From contig NC_068994.1 of NCBI RefSeq assembly GCF_001194135.2, positions 19,215,962 to 19,279,961 on the forward strand: a stretch of DNA of 64,000 bases, given 5' to 3'. Below are positions 49,559-64,000 of this stretch, piece by piece. The notes beneath the pieces were generated by a model. The model worked only from the letters and a program-made list of their open reading frames with translations. It made no database searches and had not been told where the DNA came from. This stretch comes from Octopus bimaculoides. Its lineage: Eukaryota. Position 1 is the first letter of the stretch. Every line of letters starts with the position of its first letter. The translations under genes were made by a program, and so were the position numbers.

Positions 49559-50632
49559 TATTATAATGAAAAATGCGGGCACATGCATGTTATTACACCT
49601 GGAAAAGTACAGAACAAGATTTCTGCAGTAGAATTTGCCTGATTTGTCACCTCTAAAGGAAACTAAAGAGCACTTAAAATTAAAATTCCACTGTACTTAA
49701 AATACTGCAGCTGAGAATAACATTTTAAAAATCAAAATACATTAAAGTAGGTAAATTTGAGATAATTTATTTTTATTTATTATGAGAATCCAAAAAACAA
49801 GTAAATCTTTAAAAACACAGTACAAAATAATCAAATATACAAAAGTCATTTTATTTAGTTGTATCAAGTACAAACAATAAAATATGAAGTTGTAAATAAT
49901 ATTGCACAAGATTTTTTTTTTCACTTGAATTGAAATCCCATCACAAAAAAAAAAAAACATTGATTGCAGTAGAATGGTCATTAAATGGTTTCAAATCAAC
50001 CATATGCTCAGTCAGTTCTTCCACATAAAAAAAAAAAAAAAAATTCAGTCTGACAAATAAATAAAATTTATTGGTTAGCATTGATAAAGTAGAATTAGCC
50101 AAATTCGTTTTTGGCTAATTCATTAGTTTACCTAATTCACTTTCAATTTTCTCTTAGGGATGACTAATTAGGCAAATTCTACTGTATTTTTTAAAAATTT
50201 AATTTTATTTTATTTCACTTTTAAAATACTGCTTTCTCCAAAAATAAGCCCACAGGCTTATATACACACTTGGACAATTTTTTTCTGAAAATAATAAAAA
50301 TTACTNNNNNNNNNNNNNNNNNNNNNNNNNNNNNNACATGAAAAAAATTTTTGAATATAAGCCTACAGGCTTAAAATCAGATGGGCTTATTTTTGGAAAA
50401 ACCTAATAATGTTTTAAAATTTTGGTTTTAATAAAATATAGTAAACTTTTAAAATGTTATTCTCAGCTGCAATATTTTAAGTATAGTAGAATTTTAATTC
50501 TAGGTACTTTTTAGTTTCCTTTAGAGGTGACGAATTTGGCAAATTCTACTGTAGAAATCTTGTTCTGTACTTTTCCAGGTGTAATAACTTCAGAATATTA
50601 ACATGCATGTACCCACATTTTTCATTGTAGTA
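49559..50632. mobile_element. Foldback element with about 172/186-bp inverted arms
   Basis: 49559-49730 is the reverse complement of 50447-50632 with scattered mismatches; the right arm carries a 14-bp insertion. Confidence 0.9.
50245..50405. mobile_element. Small pogo/Tc2-like MITE nested in the foldback; contains a 30-N gap (50306-50335)
   Basis: ccaaaaataagccc near 50239-50252 and gggcttatttttgg near 50383-50396 form inverted ends. Confidence 0.5.
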
Positions 50633-51021
50633 TATATATTGAGTGTAACTAAATAATACAATATAGTGAGATACTGCATAGACTATAGAATGCAAAAGCA
50701 CACAGACTAGAAATTAAAATCACAGAGTGATACTAAGTAGATTACAAAGAGTTACTTGCATAGGTTACAGAGTGAGGTATTGTATAGATTATAGAAATAA
50801 GTTCACTTATTTTTCTCTCATAGTCTTATGTTAATCTATTGAAAATATACAAATTTATCAACAAACAAGATTTAAAAAGGGATTATATTTTATTTGATTG
50901 CTCATACTTAGATTTTATAAATAATCACGATAATTATATTCATCACCGACACTTAAATCGACAAATATTGCATTTCAGTACACTGGCAAGTTGTAAACCT
51001 CACTAGTAATAATCTCTTCTA

Positions 51022-51225
51022 CTATAAGCACAAGTCCAGAAATGTTGGGGGAGGGGTACAGTCGATTACATCGACTGCAGTGTTTCACTGGTACTTAATT
51101 TATCGACCCTGAAAGGATGAAAGACAAAGTCGACCTTGGTGGAATTTGAACTCAGAACGCAAAGATGGATGAAATGCTGCTAAGCATTTTGCCCAATGTG
51201 CTGATGATTCTGTCAGCCTGGCCAG
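51022..51225 (-). mobile_element. SINE family B
   Basis: gcacaagtccag...gacaaagtcgaccttggtggaatttgaactcagaac...tgattctgtcagcc. Confidence 0.86.
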
Positions 51226-51563
51226 CACCAATTAAGGCAAGGACTTTTAAGTGCTCTGTCCAGAACATAGTGCAGCACTTGTGACAGAATACAAACAAAT
51301 AACTATATAGATAAGAATTATACACCATACCAAGTTGAACAATGCTTAATTTCCATGTACGTATTTACAGCAAAAAGCAAGATATATATAATAAAATTAT
51401 GACAGACATCAACTATTCATACTAATAAGTAACCTCACATTGTTCCTAGTTTCTAAGAATTTAATTAAGTATATCCTAAAAGAGGATATATTAAAAGACA
51501 TATATATGTATATAAAAATACTTGTGTGTATTTATATATGTATATGCATATATATGTATACAT

Positions 51564-52340
51564 AGTGATGACCATGACTTTCAGACTCACTCTGAACTCA
51601 TGGCTCACCACTACATCCTATGTGGATATCTCCTCACCATTATCCACATTGCTCTTGCCTGGGCACGATCTGTGGACTGTGCCTCTACTCGTTTTCTTTG
51701 CACCCACCCCACTCTTACCCGTCTCCCATTTCCACTCACCTACCACCCCAATGCACCATTCTCTGAGCCTTCTGGTGACTCCAGTCTGACTCCTCCACCT
51801 CACATATCTTCCCTAACCTACTCCTTCCCTCCTTCAAATGAACCCATAACCTGCGTGGCCTCCACAGTTTCTTCCCTACCATCGCCTCCCAGCTTGACTC
51901 CTTCCCCTGCTCCCACTCAAGCTGTCACACCTGCCCATACTTCTCCAACACCATCATCCAAATCACATCAGCGACTCTTTTACCTGCACCTCTAGTAATG
52001 TTATTTACTGCATCTGCTCTCTCTGTCTTTCCTTGTGCATTGGGTAAATAGGATGCTGCTTGGCTGACTGGTTTGCAGAGCACCTCCAAGACTCGGCAAT
52101 GATACCCTGGTCTTGTGCCATTTCCGCTCTACCTGTCATTTGCTACATCTGTCTATATTCGGACTGTCTCTGCACAGGGACCATCCAGACTCCCACCTTC
52201 GCCGTGAACAAGAATTCATCTTCTCCCTTTGTTTCTTTGTGCCACATGATCTCAACTCACTACCTCTCTTCATCTGACCTCAACCTCAAATCCTCTCTTC
52301 ATTTAGCACCAAATCCACATGGATTCCCACTCACCTCCCA
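51564..52340 (+). pseudogene. Penelope-like element C-terminal remnant with GIY-YIG endonuclease
   Basis: GYLLTIIHIALAWARSVD...PFPLTYHP, then FTCTSSNVIYCICSLC.S..IG*.G..LADWFAEHL, then HF...H......GL.......RREQEFIFSL...PH.LN. Confidence 0.9.
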
Positions 52341-52419
52341 CATTTAATTGCCCCCTTCACCTACACACCTGCATCCTGCATACTACCTACTTCAGTACCC
52401 TCACCCACATGCACACTAT

Positions 52420-52472
52420 ACTTGGCTTGCTAGATCTTCTCAAGCACAGCATATTTCCAAAGGTCTCGGTCA
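52420..52472 (-). mobile_element. 50-bp RTE ORF2 end fragment
   Basis: cttggcttgctagatcttctcaagcacagcatatttccaaaggtctcggtca matches 42918-42970. Confidence 0.75.
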
Positions 52473-52494
52473 TATGAATATGTATATACATATA

Positions 52495-53468
<974 letters not shown>

Positions 53469-53999
53469 GTATATATATACATAAATATACATATATATAT
53501 ATACAATACACATATTATATATATATATACACACACAATACACACACACACACACACACATATATATATGCATACATATATTAAAAAGACAGAGGGAGGG
53601 AGGGGAGAGGAAGGAGAAAGAGCAAGAGGTAGAAGTAATGGTATTAGAGTCAATTTAAATCTATCGAATGAGATAAAGTTAAACTGACTTTTCTTTTTAT
53701 TATTTTAAATAATGATTCAATCAACAGCAGTAATTAGCAGAAATGACAACAACAGCAGCTGCAGTTTCTGCATTATTGATTATGCAAAATTAAATAGATT
53801 TGCAATGGCTTCTGTTGTCATGAATAGAAACTTGATAAGGATAACAGCTTCAGTGATAAACTCCATTAAAACAGTCGCTGCCATAACCATCGGATTGAAA
53901 TGGGCATATAATCAATGTTGTCTTATATAGACTCTTTAACAAACAACAAGATGAATAAGAAAACCCAAACGAAAGAGAGAAATGAGTGAAGCTGATTTT

Positions 54000-54290
54000 G
54001 CAGTTTTTGAACGAAACTTATTTCAATATTTTGTTCCAACCTTGTATACACATGCTTCTGCTTTCTACTGGAAAGTATTTTTCATCTGGCTTGGATATAT
54101 GACTTATTTTGATAGTTTTTGGAAATAACTTTAGACAAACTGAGGATTGATTTCTCTCATTTTATGAGAGAACTATTTGAATACAAAACAAATTAGAACA
54201 TCACTTCTCTGGAGATCCAAAGATGATATTTTGATATGATATTTGCTCAAGAAGGACAACAGCTATGTATGTTTATGATGAACAGTAAGT
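54000..54290 (+). mobile_element. Possible decayed Penelope-like RT fragment
   Basis: FMRELFE then LLWRSKDDILI*, resembling the Penelope RT motif W.RYIDDIF.IW. Confidence 0.33.
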
Positions 54291-54489
54291 AAAATCAAAT
54301 CCATTGTGTTAGTTAAACTATATGAAAAATAGGCTCTACACTTTAATTCAGGGCATAATAGGTATTTTAAAAAAATCACCCAGCTGTAAAGTTATTTCTC
54401 TAATAATAAACAGAAATTATCTACATATACCAAAGTGTCTATGATAGGTATGGAAAACAAAATGAGAAAGTAATAAAAGCTCCCAGTAC

Positions 54490-55105
54490 ACACTGCAAAG
54501 TAGTTGGCATGAGAAAGGGCACAGACTTAGCATAGCACTGTGGCTTGCTGCATCCTGTCAAATGGTTCAACCCATGCTTGCATGGAAAATGGATGTTAAA
54601 TGATGATGATAATGGTGATATAAAACTGTTTATAAACTTTGTCTTCTTTAAAGTACCAAAAATATTATTGAGATGCAGTCCTGTCTCATAATCATACACC
54701 CAGCCAGAATATCTATTGAGTTATAATGGATAGAACAAGAAATGTCACCATTTGCAAATCTCCACTGTTTCACATGGAATAATAACATTCAGAAGCCTAC
54801 ATCAATGACTAGCATAAATTCATTTGATATTTTCAGAAGATATTAACAAAATTGTTGCAAAGTTGAGTCTCAAGGCTTTAAGTAGTATCGCTTAATATTT
54901 TTAATCATTAAGAATCTTCAAAATACATTCTATCATAATCATAATCATCATCATCGTTTAATGTCCCCCTTTCATGCTGACAGTTTGACAAGAGTAAGCC
55001 AGGCAGAAACCTGCACCATACTTCTGTGTCTGTTGTAGAATGTTTTTTTTATGGTTCGATGCCCTTCCTAGCATCAACCACTCTGCAGAGTGAGCTGAGT
55101 GCTTT
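54490..55105. mobile_element. Two decayed RTE 3' terminal fragments in opposite orientation (about 54490-54610 + and 54940-55105 -)
   Basis: cccatgcttgcatggaaaatggatgttaaatgatgatgat; (CAT)n..gatgcccttcctagcatcaacc. Confidence 0.7.
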
Positions 55106-56673
55106 GGGAAATCCTACATAAGAATTATTATGTTTTTTATTTCTCTTTTATAAACTTAAATTTCTTAAGAGATTAAATAAATTATAAAACTATCATTGAA
55201 AGGTTTGGCATTGGCAGTGCTAAATCCATCTGATGCCACAAAGAAAAGCTAAGAAATTTCAGTTTAAACAGGGTCTTGTTTAGACCAAATTCCTCTACAA
55301 TTTCCTTAGACCCACCTTACTACTTACAGGTACCGAGATTTTCCTACCTTAGGGAACATATCATAAATGTATAAGAAATTTACAAATAGATTATCAAACA
55401 CAAAATGCATTTGCATATAATTCGCTTATATATCACTGTTTCTTGAAGGGAAACCTTGGTTTTCACCAATTTCAAACCTTGTATGCTATTGATGTTCTTA
55501 TTGTTCATCTTCAGGAAGACCCTGAAAAGGGAAACCTATAACCAAAGATGTTCCAGTCATGATCACCATATCATTCTGTACATCCAGCATTACATTCTCC
55601 TAATTGCCTTCCAATTTAAGATAGTAGTATGTGGGTAGAAGGAAGCTTCACTACTATTTCCAGTACCTCAAGCTACCCTGCAGCAGATCCCTCATAGGTA
55701 CATAAGCCTTGAATGTATTATCCCCTGCTGACTGCAAACCGATGGTTTGCAAAGCTTAAAGAAATGGATTAAAATACCTAAAAAGAAATTTTAAAAAAAA
55801 TGAAATTGAAACACATTGATTTGCTACATTTCAATTCCTACATACATTCACATGTAGATTGATTTAACAACTGGCTACAGTAAATATAGTACAAGCAATT
55901 GAGATTATTCTAAAGAGTTAATTACAACCAGTAAACGAGTGAGTCAAAAATGGAAAGAGAAAAAATAACTTGTTTTCTCTCATTCTTATATTATTCTAAC
56001 ATCTCTTCAATTTGCACTAATGGTACTTGTAATAAATAAAAAAATAAAAATCTATGTGATTAAATCCCTTCAGGATTTAGTTACTTAAGAATTTTGACAG
56101 TAGGCTGTGGCAGCAGTTCAGCCATACTGCCATACTTATTTGAATAGATTTGCAATAAAGAATTTACAAAGTGCCCTAATGTAAGGGAAGTAGTTTATCC
56201 CTGAGGAGGAATTTAATATTTTCTAAAGAGCAACAATATTTTCTCTTGTCTTTTATCCATTATTCTTTTTGTTTCTTATCCCTAACTTTTTTTTCACAGA
56301 TGCCAAGCTATGTAATGCTAATACTACAGGAAATTGAAGTGGCATGACACACCCATAGAAAAATCCCACATTTTTAGTAAACATTGGAAATATGTTATCC
56401 AAGAATCAAGTGTATAAGCACTAGTTTTCTTATGTGATGTGATAGTGGCAATTGTAAAAAAGGGGCAAAAATTTCAATGAATTAGTTTCTCTTCTTTGAT
56501 AAACCTGAAGGAATTCTAAAAGTTGAAACCTATCTGTTGAAAAGTAACTTTAAACAGTTCAATCAAAAATTTTAGAATGAAAACTAAGTAGACTAAGAAA
56601 GCAATACTGCTGTTACAGTTTATTCCATTCTAAATGGAACAAACTGTGTTAATGATAGGAAACTTTATTTTTA

Positions 56674-56826
56674 GTAGGCATGTCTGTGTGGTTAAGAAGC
56701 TTGTTTCCCAACCACTAGACTGCAGGTTCAGTTACACAGCATGGCACCTTAGACAAGTGTTTTTTTTTCTTTTTAAAAGAAGTCTTGTGAGCGGATTTGG
56801 TAAGTGGAAACTGAAAGAAGCCCACC
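56674..56826 (+). mobile_element. SINE family A 5' half
   Basis: gtaggcatgtctgtgtggttaagaagcttg...ggatttggtaagtggaaactgaaagaagccc. Confidence 0.8.
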
Positions 56827-58269
56827 ATATATGCATATGTGAATGTGTATGTAAGATGGTGATTCCTTGTCTTTACTTCACATGATCAATGTAAATGAGT
56901 ATCACCATCATACAAGCAGTGTCCTTTGTTTCCAATCTTCAATGAAAACATGTCTAACCATGTGGAAACAATTGATGACAGGAAGGTACCAACTCATGCA
57001 TGCATGGATAAGTGGATATTAAAATGCTGCTGATGATATAAGTATACTAACTTAAATCCATCAAAAACAAGATTATATTGAAAAGGACAAAAACAAAAAG
57101 GATCTATATTGATCACTAACAGTTTAATGATACTAACTAACCAATAAACTGCAAACCCCTACTTTTGATCCCTTTAACTTGCTGGTTGTGTATTTTATCC
57201 TCCACCTACATACACTTGATGCAGCCATCTCTTCTCATCTAAGTATTCATTCACTATATCATACTTTAACAATTAAAACACTTTAGACATTCTATCTTTC
57301 CACTGGAACTTTTTCACACCAGTTTCCCCAACATCACTTAGCTGCATCAAAGCTGAACTAACCTCTCAATTATTCTACATTTTGATTATGAAGGTGTACA
57401 CAAGGATTATTCATTTAGAAGCAAACTATTAGTCCCCACAGAAGAGTAAGCTTGACTTGAAACTCTTCTCATACTACATACATTACAACACTGTTTGTTG
57501 TAGACCATGCAGTGTGTATGTCAAGCAGAACACATTGCAACTATTTTGTTATACAGTAAGTTCTTAAATGATTAAATGATATGATGGTGGTCACAGCTGG
57601 CAGGGTGCAAAGTAGCTGAATTTCCTTGGTATTTGCAGCAGCTTATTCATTCGCAACAGAGAAAATTATAATTTCAAATGATTTTTTTTTAAATGTAATA
57701 CTATTGTACTTGTCATGTAAGTAATAATGCTAAATATCTTTATCCACTTTAAATGCATTGAAAATGAAATATAGTGAAAATACAGAAAAATAAATTTATA
57801 GTTAAATACAAATATTTACATATAATACTTTGTACTGAATAATCTGGGAACTTCGCAGATTTTTTTAAAGTTTTTTTTTTATTGAAAAACTTGTTTAAAA
57901 AAAAGCAGTATCTTAGTTGTGTTTAGAAAAGTAAAGAGTAGATTGATAGATAGAGAGACAGTTGCAGATAAAAAGAAAACAAATGACAATGTCATTCCAG
58001 TGAGTATTTTACATATTTCATGCAACACAGTAGAGAATGATCAAATCACAAATATACAGTGAGTGAGTAGCAACAGCAGAATTAAAATTTATATGTAACT
58101 AAGACATTGTTCATATTCCTTAAACTGCTTCCTCTTTCTTTCTGTCTGTCTGTCTGTCTCTCTCTCCCACACATCTGTCAATTACTCTCTGTATCTATCA
58201 TTCATACATATATACACACACACTAATTCTCTACAAACAACCACTGTTGGCTATCATTTACTTTTCACT

Positions 58270-58612
58270 GCATCCACGATGGAGCACTGCTTTCAAGAGT
58301 TTAACTGAACAAAACAAACACAATACTATTTTGTTTTTAAGCCTGTTACTTATTCTGTCAGTGTCTTTTATCAAATTGCTAAGTTATGGTATATAAACAA
58401 ACCAACACAAATTGTTAGGTGGTGGTGGGATGAAACACACACAAAAATAACATGTTTCTTTCAGTTTCTGTCAACCAAATCCACTCACAAGGCTTTTATC
58501 AGTCCAGCGCTGTAGTAAAAGACACCTGCCCAAGGTGCTGTACTGTGGAACCGAACCCAAGACCACATGGTTGGGAAGTAAATTTCTGAAATACAGAACC
58601 ACATCTGTGCCT
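58270..58612 (-). mobile_element. Decayed SINE family A
   Basis: ctttcagtttctgtcaaccaaatccactcacaaggc...cccaaggtgctg...gaacccaagaccacatggttggg. Confidence 0.78.
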
Positions 58613-59469
58613 GACTATTGAAATATATTTGAGATTTGATTTTATGACATTTGCATAAGATAAATCTACATAATTAATGAATTAATAAACACAAGAAGTG
58701 TTTTGCTCATTTTATTTTAATTATGAACATATTTAATAAATAGCTTGGTGATTCTTCCAAATAACCATCCTTCAACTATAGAGTTAAAGAATATCTGTCT
58801 GCTTGTAGGAAAATTAATAAATATGTCAGTTTGAAGTTGAAAACACTGTACGTCAAATATTCATCTTCCATACCATTTTATTGACAAATATTAATAATGT
58901 TGATTAGTAATGCTGACTTCTGCGTGTAATGTTGATTTCTTAACTAAAAACAAACTAAGGTTTGTAGTAGTGCAGTTACTAAATTTATTCCCCAATTATA
59001 TTTATGACAGTGAAATGAAACAGTTGCTTCTGTTAGCCAAAACTGATTGCAAGTTATTTAATTTACTTATATTTTATGTTCAGTTTTTAAAGTAAATGTA
59101 TAAGAGGATAATATTTTTAAAATTTAAAGGACTTCACACACACACACAGAGTAATTTTATTCTTTGGTAAACATTTACATAATAACACACTTATATGTCA
59201 CAGATTTAAGGCATTCTACATAGCATTATTTGCATTTACATCTACACCCACAGAAATAGAGGGAGATAAAGAGCAACTATTGTATGTAAAGATGTCAATA
59301 AATGTTCAATCATACAAAAAATGTGACTGTATGACAGTGAATACAAGAGAGTATATTCGTGTATTTTTAAGTAAATATAAGTATAAATTTATTTAAGGAT
59401 TTTGTAGAAAAATATGCCAATCTAATGACTTCATCTAGAGATAAGGGTACTGTATTGAAACCATTAAAG

Positions 59470-59686
59470 CATCCAGCTTATCACACAACTTGGAGATCAA
59501 ACGTTTCAATGGGCTAAACCAAGAACAAGATTGTCGGATAATATCCATAGTCTCAGTTGGTCACACTTGGGAGTTCAACTGGAAAATGTAATGATAGTCG
59601 TTTCTGATAGGACCCTTTAGAGAAGGTGCCTGAGGACTGCTCCTACAACCCTCTCAAGAATAGTTGGCGGAGAAAATGGATGGATG
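59470..59686 (+). mobile_element. RTE (Expander/Rex3-like) 3' end with GGAT tail
   Basis: KPRTRLSDNIHSLSWSHLGVQLENV..V..DRTL*RRCL resembles GRPRTRW.D.I..L.W..LG......V...R..W; ends aaaatggatggatg. Confidence 0.65.
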
Positions 59687-61744
59687 TCTAAATGATATGA
59701 GCTGGTAACATTTAGTTTGATATTATACTATCTTGGCTGTCTCTACCTGTTTAGGAAATTATATATTTAAAGTTGAAGTTAAATCCACCTTGTAGTACAT
59801 CCTCTCAGTGTTAATGCAATTAGACTTAATTGCAATGCTTAAGGGGCATTGGAATAAATATTCTCTGACAAGGAATCAAAACCAGTTCAGTACAAAAACA
59901 GACCCCACAATGTTTGGCCATTATACTTACTTTTATCTAACAATTAAATCTTAAATGCCTATTTCACACATATAGGTTAATGAGATCATTCACCAAAAAT
60001 CTTCTCCGTTAACATAATGATGGTTATAATAAATAATAAAGAATGCTTAATATGATAATGATTTTGTAAATAATGATAATTAAAGTAAGTTTTAAAATTG
60101 CACTGTATTGGCATTTGACATTTTCTTATTGTAACGAAGTTAAGTTGGCTGCAGGTAACTCAGAATAAGTTTATGAATCAAACGAGAGGAAAAAAAATAG
60201 AAAGAAAATATCAATTCTTCTACATAGCTGGAACAAAATTAAAAACACAGAGTCAACAAGTTTCTATTTCTTTATTCGTTATTGATTCATGCTTGTCTAC
60301 CTCATAACTTGAGAAACAGGAAAATGATACCAAAATATCAAATTCTGAAAGATGAAGAAGTCAAACTGAGATAAAACTCAAGTTTTTAATCTATATCTTG
60401 AATAACTTTGCAAAGAAATATCATCTAGATTTATAAGCATAACTATACTTACTATGTACACACACACACACACGTACACACACACACACACACACACACA
60501 AATAAAAGCAGAAAAGCATGCACATATATATATTGTGCGTATGCATAAATATCTATGAACGTGTATTTTAATGTACAGATTTATGGTTGTATGATTAAAT
60601 TATCTGCTTTGCAATCAAGGGTTAGGGTCACTTGGACAAGTATCTTCTACTATAGGTTCTGATCAACCAAGGCCTTATATGTGAAAGAAGATAGCTGAAA
60701 ATAGTTAAGGGATCTGTTGGACTCTACCCATGATTCAAGAGGGTCAGCCTTGCCACACACTGTCACACTGATTCTGTCTGAGGATTACATGAAGAATACA
60801 AATGTATGAATGTTTAAGTAACAAACTGAACCGCAACAAAGTCAATCTTGTAGATGAAAGAATATTGTAAGTTAAATCTACCTCAAAAAATTTTAGAGGA
60901 ATGAAAATTAAAGCTGTCTTTGTGTGATGTGTGGTATTACTTTCTGAAGCCTCAAGTCCAATAATAAGGAAGAGAGAGTTACACCAGTATTCATACATAC
61001 AAGGTTATAGGCAATAAAATACCAAATTTCATTATACATCATTGGATAAATAGGAACCTGGAAGACACTGTAAAATATCTATTCAGATAATCAAGTAAAA
61101 AATGCTACATTTCAAAAATATAGCACTTAGAGAAACTCCAGAGATTAGTTATTTCTTAGCTCCTTCTGAATAACTAAGTTATTCACAATCTGCAACAGTA
61201 ACCTACAGAAGGTAAATGTCTTTGTGCATTTACTATGTAAGAAAGACAAAAGTGTTAAAAGGAATGAAACTGATAAATACTATTTAACATAAATAAATCA
61301 TTGAAACCTAATGATCACTGTTATAAATAGATAATATTTACTATTTCCAAAGATATGTTTATACAAATAAATGAAGGGAAATCTTTTGCTTATTCTGTTA
61401 TCTTTAAAAAAAAAAAAAACTTCTGGATATAACTTACTGTAGTATCCAATGAGGAATAAGTTGGATTTAGTATCTTATTACCAATCTTAAGTTGATATGA
61501 AACTTAAAAATCATTTTGTGGAGAAAGAAATAAAATTTTACACTGTTCATGTCTTTCTAAAATGCATTAGTGAAATAAATGTAGAGAAATATTTAAAACC
61601 TGAGACGAAAACTTAATCTGTGAAAGAAGGCTAATCTTCTACTGCCTGATAATTAAAGATATTTAGGGACTAAAAAACAATATACATCAGAATTTATTTT
61701 TCACTAACTTGTTCCATATTAAGATGGATCTTAAGACTCTAGGT

Positions 61745-62020
61745 CAGCATTTCTCAACCAGGGTTCCATAAAAGGTTCCTAGGGGTTCCACGAGAAAGAG
61801 AGAGATAAGCTAATACTAATTTCATGATTGTAATATTACTATATATGCACATTATATGTGCATATACAGACATTATATATATATATATATGATATTTACC
61901 ACGTGAACTATGATGAAAAAGATATAAGATATGGTACATAATTTTTTTTGTGCAGGAGTTCCTTGAGACATGTAATTTATTTTAGGGGTCATGAAAGGGT
62001 AAAAAGGTTGAGAAACATTG
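61745..62020. mobile_element. hAT-Charlie-type MITE (276 bp)
   Basis: 15-bp TIRs cagcatttctcaacc / ggttgagaaacattg; 8-bp TSD ctctaggt / ctctagat (NTCTAGAN-type). Confidence 0.9.
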
Positions 62021-62871
62021 CTCTAGATGGTATGTACTTCTCAGATAGAACCAAGTAGAGTAAGTACATTTTGCCAGTTGCTCAGGACAATGTGTAAAAT
62101 GTTCAAGAAACTAAATGGAATACTTTCAGTCTGCTTTATTGGAAGTCTTTACTGTTTCTCATTAATCACTGAACAGAGAAATAAAGGAATTTGCTAAAAA
62201 AAAGAAACCAAACAAACAAAACGAAAAAAAAAAACATCACCCATATTCAAATAATTCTGTTGTCTCATTTATTTTCCTGGAACATCATAATAATTCTCAA
62301 ACCATATAGACATGTAGCTAAACTCTTACCATTTTTGTGCAATGCTGTCAGGCAAAAGCACTTACGTGCCCTTCCTCTTTTCTTAGTTATAAACAGTAGA
62401 CAAAGTGGAATGGTTCTGACCTTGAAAATTTGCACTATTATCAAATTCTTACAGCTGTTCTGGAGATTGGGCAAAAAACCCCAAACCCTGCCAATTTAAA
62501 TGAGTCATTCCTTATTTCCCTCCAGTTTCTTTAATGTTTGTTTTACTCTGTTACTCTCTTCCTATGCCTAAAGTTTGTCATGAATGGCTCACTTTCATAC
62601 CACCATATGAAAGAAACATAGAAATGCAGTAAAGATGTACCACCAGCTGTGTACATATACATATAAAATACAAATATATTAATACATACAATCAATTAAA
62701 GTATAAAATCTATAGATGAAATATATCTGCAACAAGAAAGCCTCTACATAGTTGTTTAATCTACAAGAAATAGTTACAAAATCTTCCTCAAGTCACACCT
62801 TACAATCTTAAGAAAAATGGAAATACAAAATATAGGGGTTTTTTTTTCTTCATTGTAAGAAATTTAATGTA

Positions 62872-63367
62872 CAGTAATCAACTATCACAGGAGTTATGGT
62901 CTGAAACCCCTTGTGATAGGTGAAAATTCACAAAGTAGAAACAATACAGTGCTGTATATCTTTTTTATTATTTTTATAATTTGTATATATTTTATTTTAT
63001 TATAAATGCAAAACAACACCACACACTTGCGTCCCCAAGTTTCATTTTGCATACAGTATATGTGAGTCATTGTTTACTCATCTACAATACACTATGTATC
63101 CTCTTTTAACATATTTTAATTAATGTGTTAGACAGTGCAGTACTGTACTGTATTTTTATTTATTGATTTATTAATTTTTAGGTGTGAAAATGCTTATTTT
63201 ACCACAGAAATAATTAAAATCTAAAAAAAAAATTTATACCTATCAGCCGCTGAAACCAGGGATATACTGAGGAGTCTGCAATATAAATTTATATATATAT
63301 TAGCCAGAAAAATCCTCGATGTACTGAGGGCACGATAGGTGAACCGCGATATCGTGAGTAATTACTG
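62872..63367. mobile_element. Tigger/pogo-type MITE (496 bp)
   Basis: TA-CAGTAAT...ATTACTG-TA ends; subterminal gcgatatcg and gataggtgaa motifs of Tigger type at both sides. Confidence 0.8.
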
Positions 63368-63689
63368 TACTTTGGATATAATAAATCTCATCTAGTTTAA
63401 TCTAATTTAATAATTATCATTTTATCACTTGTATTATTATTGAAAAGGGGTTTCCTGAGGGACAACCTAGATAGATATTATTGAAAAGAAGAAAATGATG
63501 AAGACTAATGATGGATAACATAAACATTTCCAACCTTTTGATTATTAATTTCACTGTCAGTATTTGGAGTCTCACATTATGTTATTGCGTTATTTTTGTT
63601 GTATTTAAAACAGTCAGTGTTTATTGGGTGATATAATGATAGTTTGTATATTGTTGCTGTTCTATAGCCTCCAGATCATCCCAAATTAA

Positions 63690-64000
63690 GTAGACCTATA
63701 ATGAAAGGCATTCCAGCTATGACTGTCATTTACCAGGCATTCTAACAAGAACAATCTTATTTTCAAGCATTGTGCATCTAGACCACGTCATCTGAAAAAT
63801 ACTTCCTTTACAAAGATGGTACAACTGGCACTCCATCAGTTATGACAAAAGCGTTCCAGCTGATCCGATGAACAGAACAGCCTGTTCATGAAATGAATGT
63901 GCAAGTGAGCACTCCACAAACATGCATACCTTTAACATAGTTCTTGAGGAGATTCAGTGTGACACAGAATGTGAGAAGGCTGGCCCTTTGAAATACAGGT
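63690..64000. repeat. Interspersed repeat body running off the window edge
   Basis: gattcagtgtgacacagaatgtgagaaggctggccct (about 63950-63987) recurs inverted and diverged at about 60741-60780. Confidence 0.45.

Noticed and set aside
51522-51995. 157-aa Pro/Ser-rich ORF as a host gene
   Set aside because: It begins in a microsatellite and reads through a frameshifted Penelope remnant.

Overview
AT-rich, microsatellite-dense eukaryotic non-coding DNA (intergenic or a very large intron) from a draft assembly with five N-gaps. The SINE families resemble those described from octopus, so a cephalopod origin is likely (inference). No host protein-coding gene can be called with confidence; three minus-strand exon-like segments are candidates only. 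The window is a mosaic of interspersed repeats: three tRNA-headed SINE families (CORE-like, Nin/Meta-like, V-like), a 5S rRNA-headed SINE-like chimera, many RTE 3' pieces with (GAT)n tails, and decayed coding remnants of RTE (one with a PHD finger inside the RT), R4/Dong-like, Penelope and mariner elements. It also holds hAT, Tigger and piggyBac-like MITEs and two foldback elements. Best leads: (1) short modules embedded in (TA)n, one with a recognisable minimal type I hammerhead ribozyme and two with broken cores, possibly retrozymes or Penelope pseudo-LTRs; (2) a full-length 5S-derived head fused to the 3' tail used by the tRNA CORE-SINE; (3) two overlapping perfect hairpins at a SINE 5' end; (4) a nested foldback at 49.6-50.6 kb. 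All alignments were made by eye; no database search was run.
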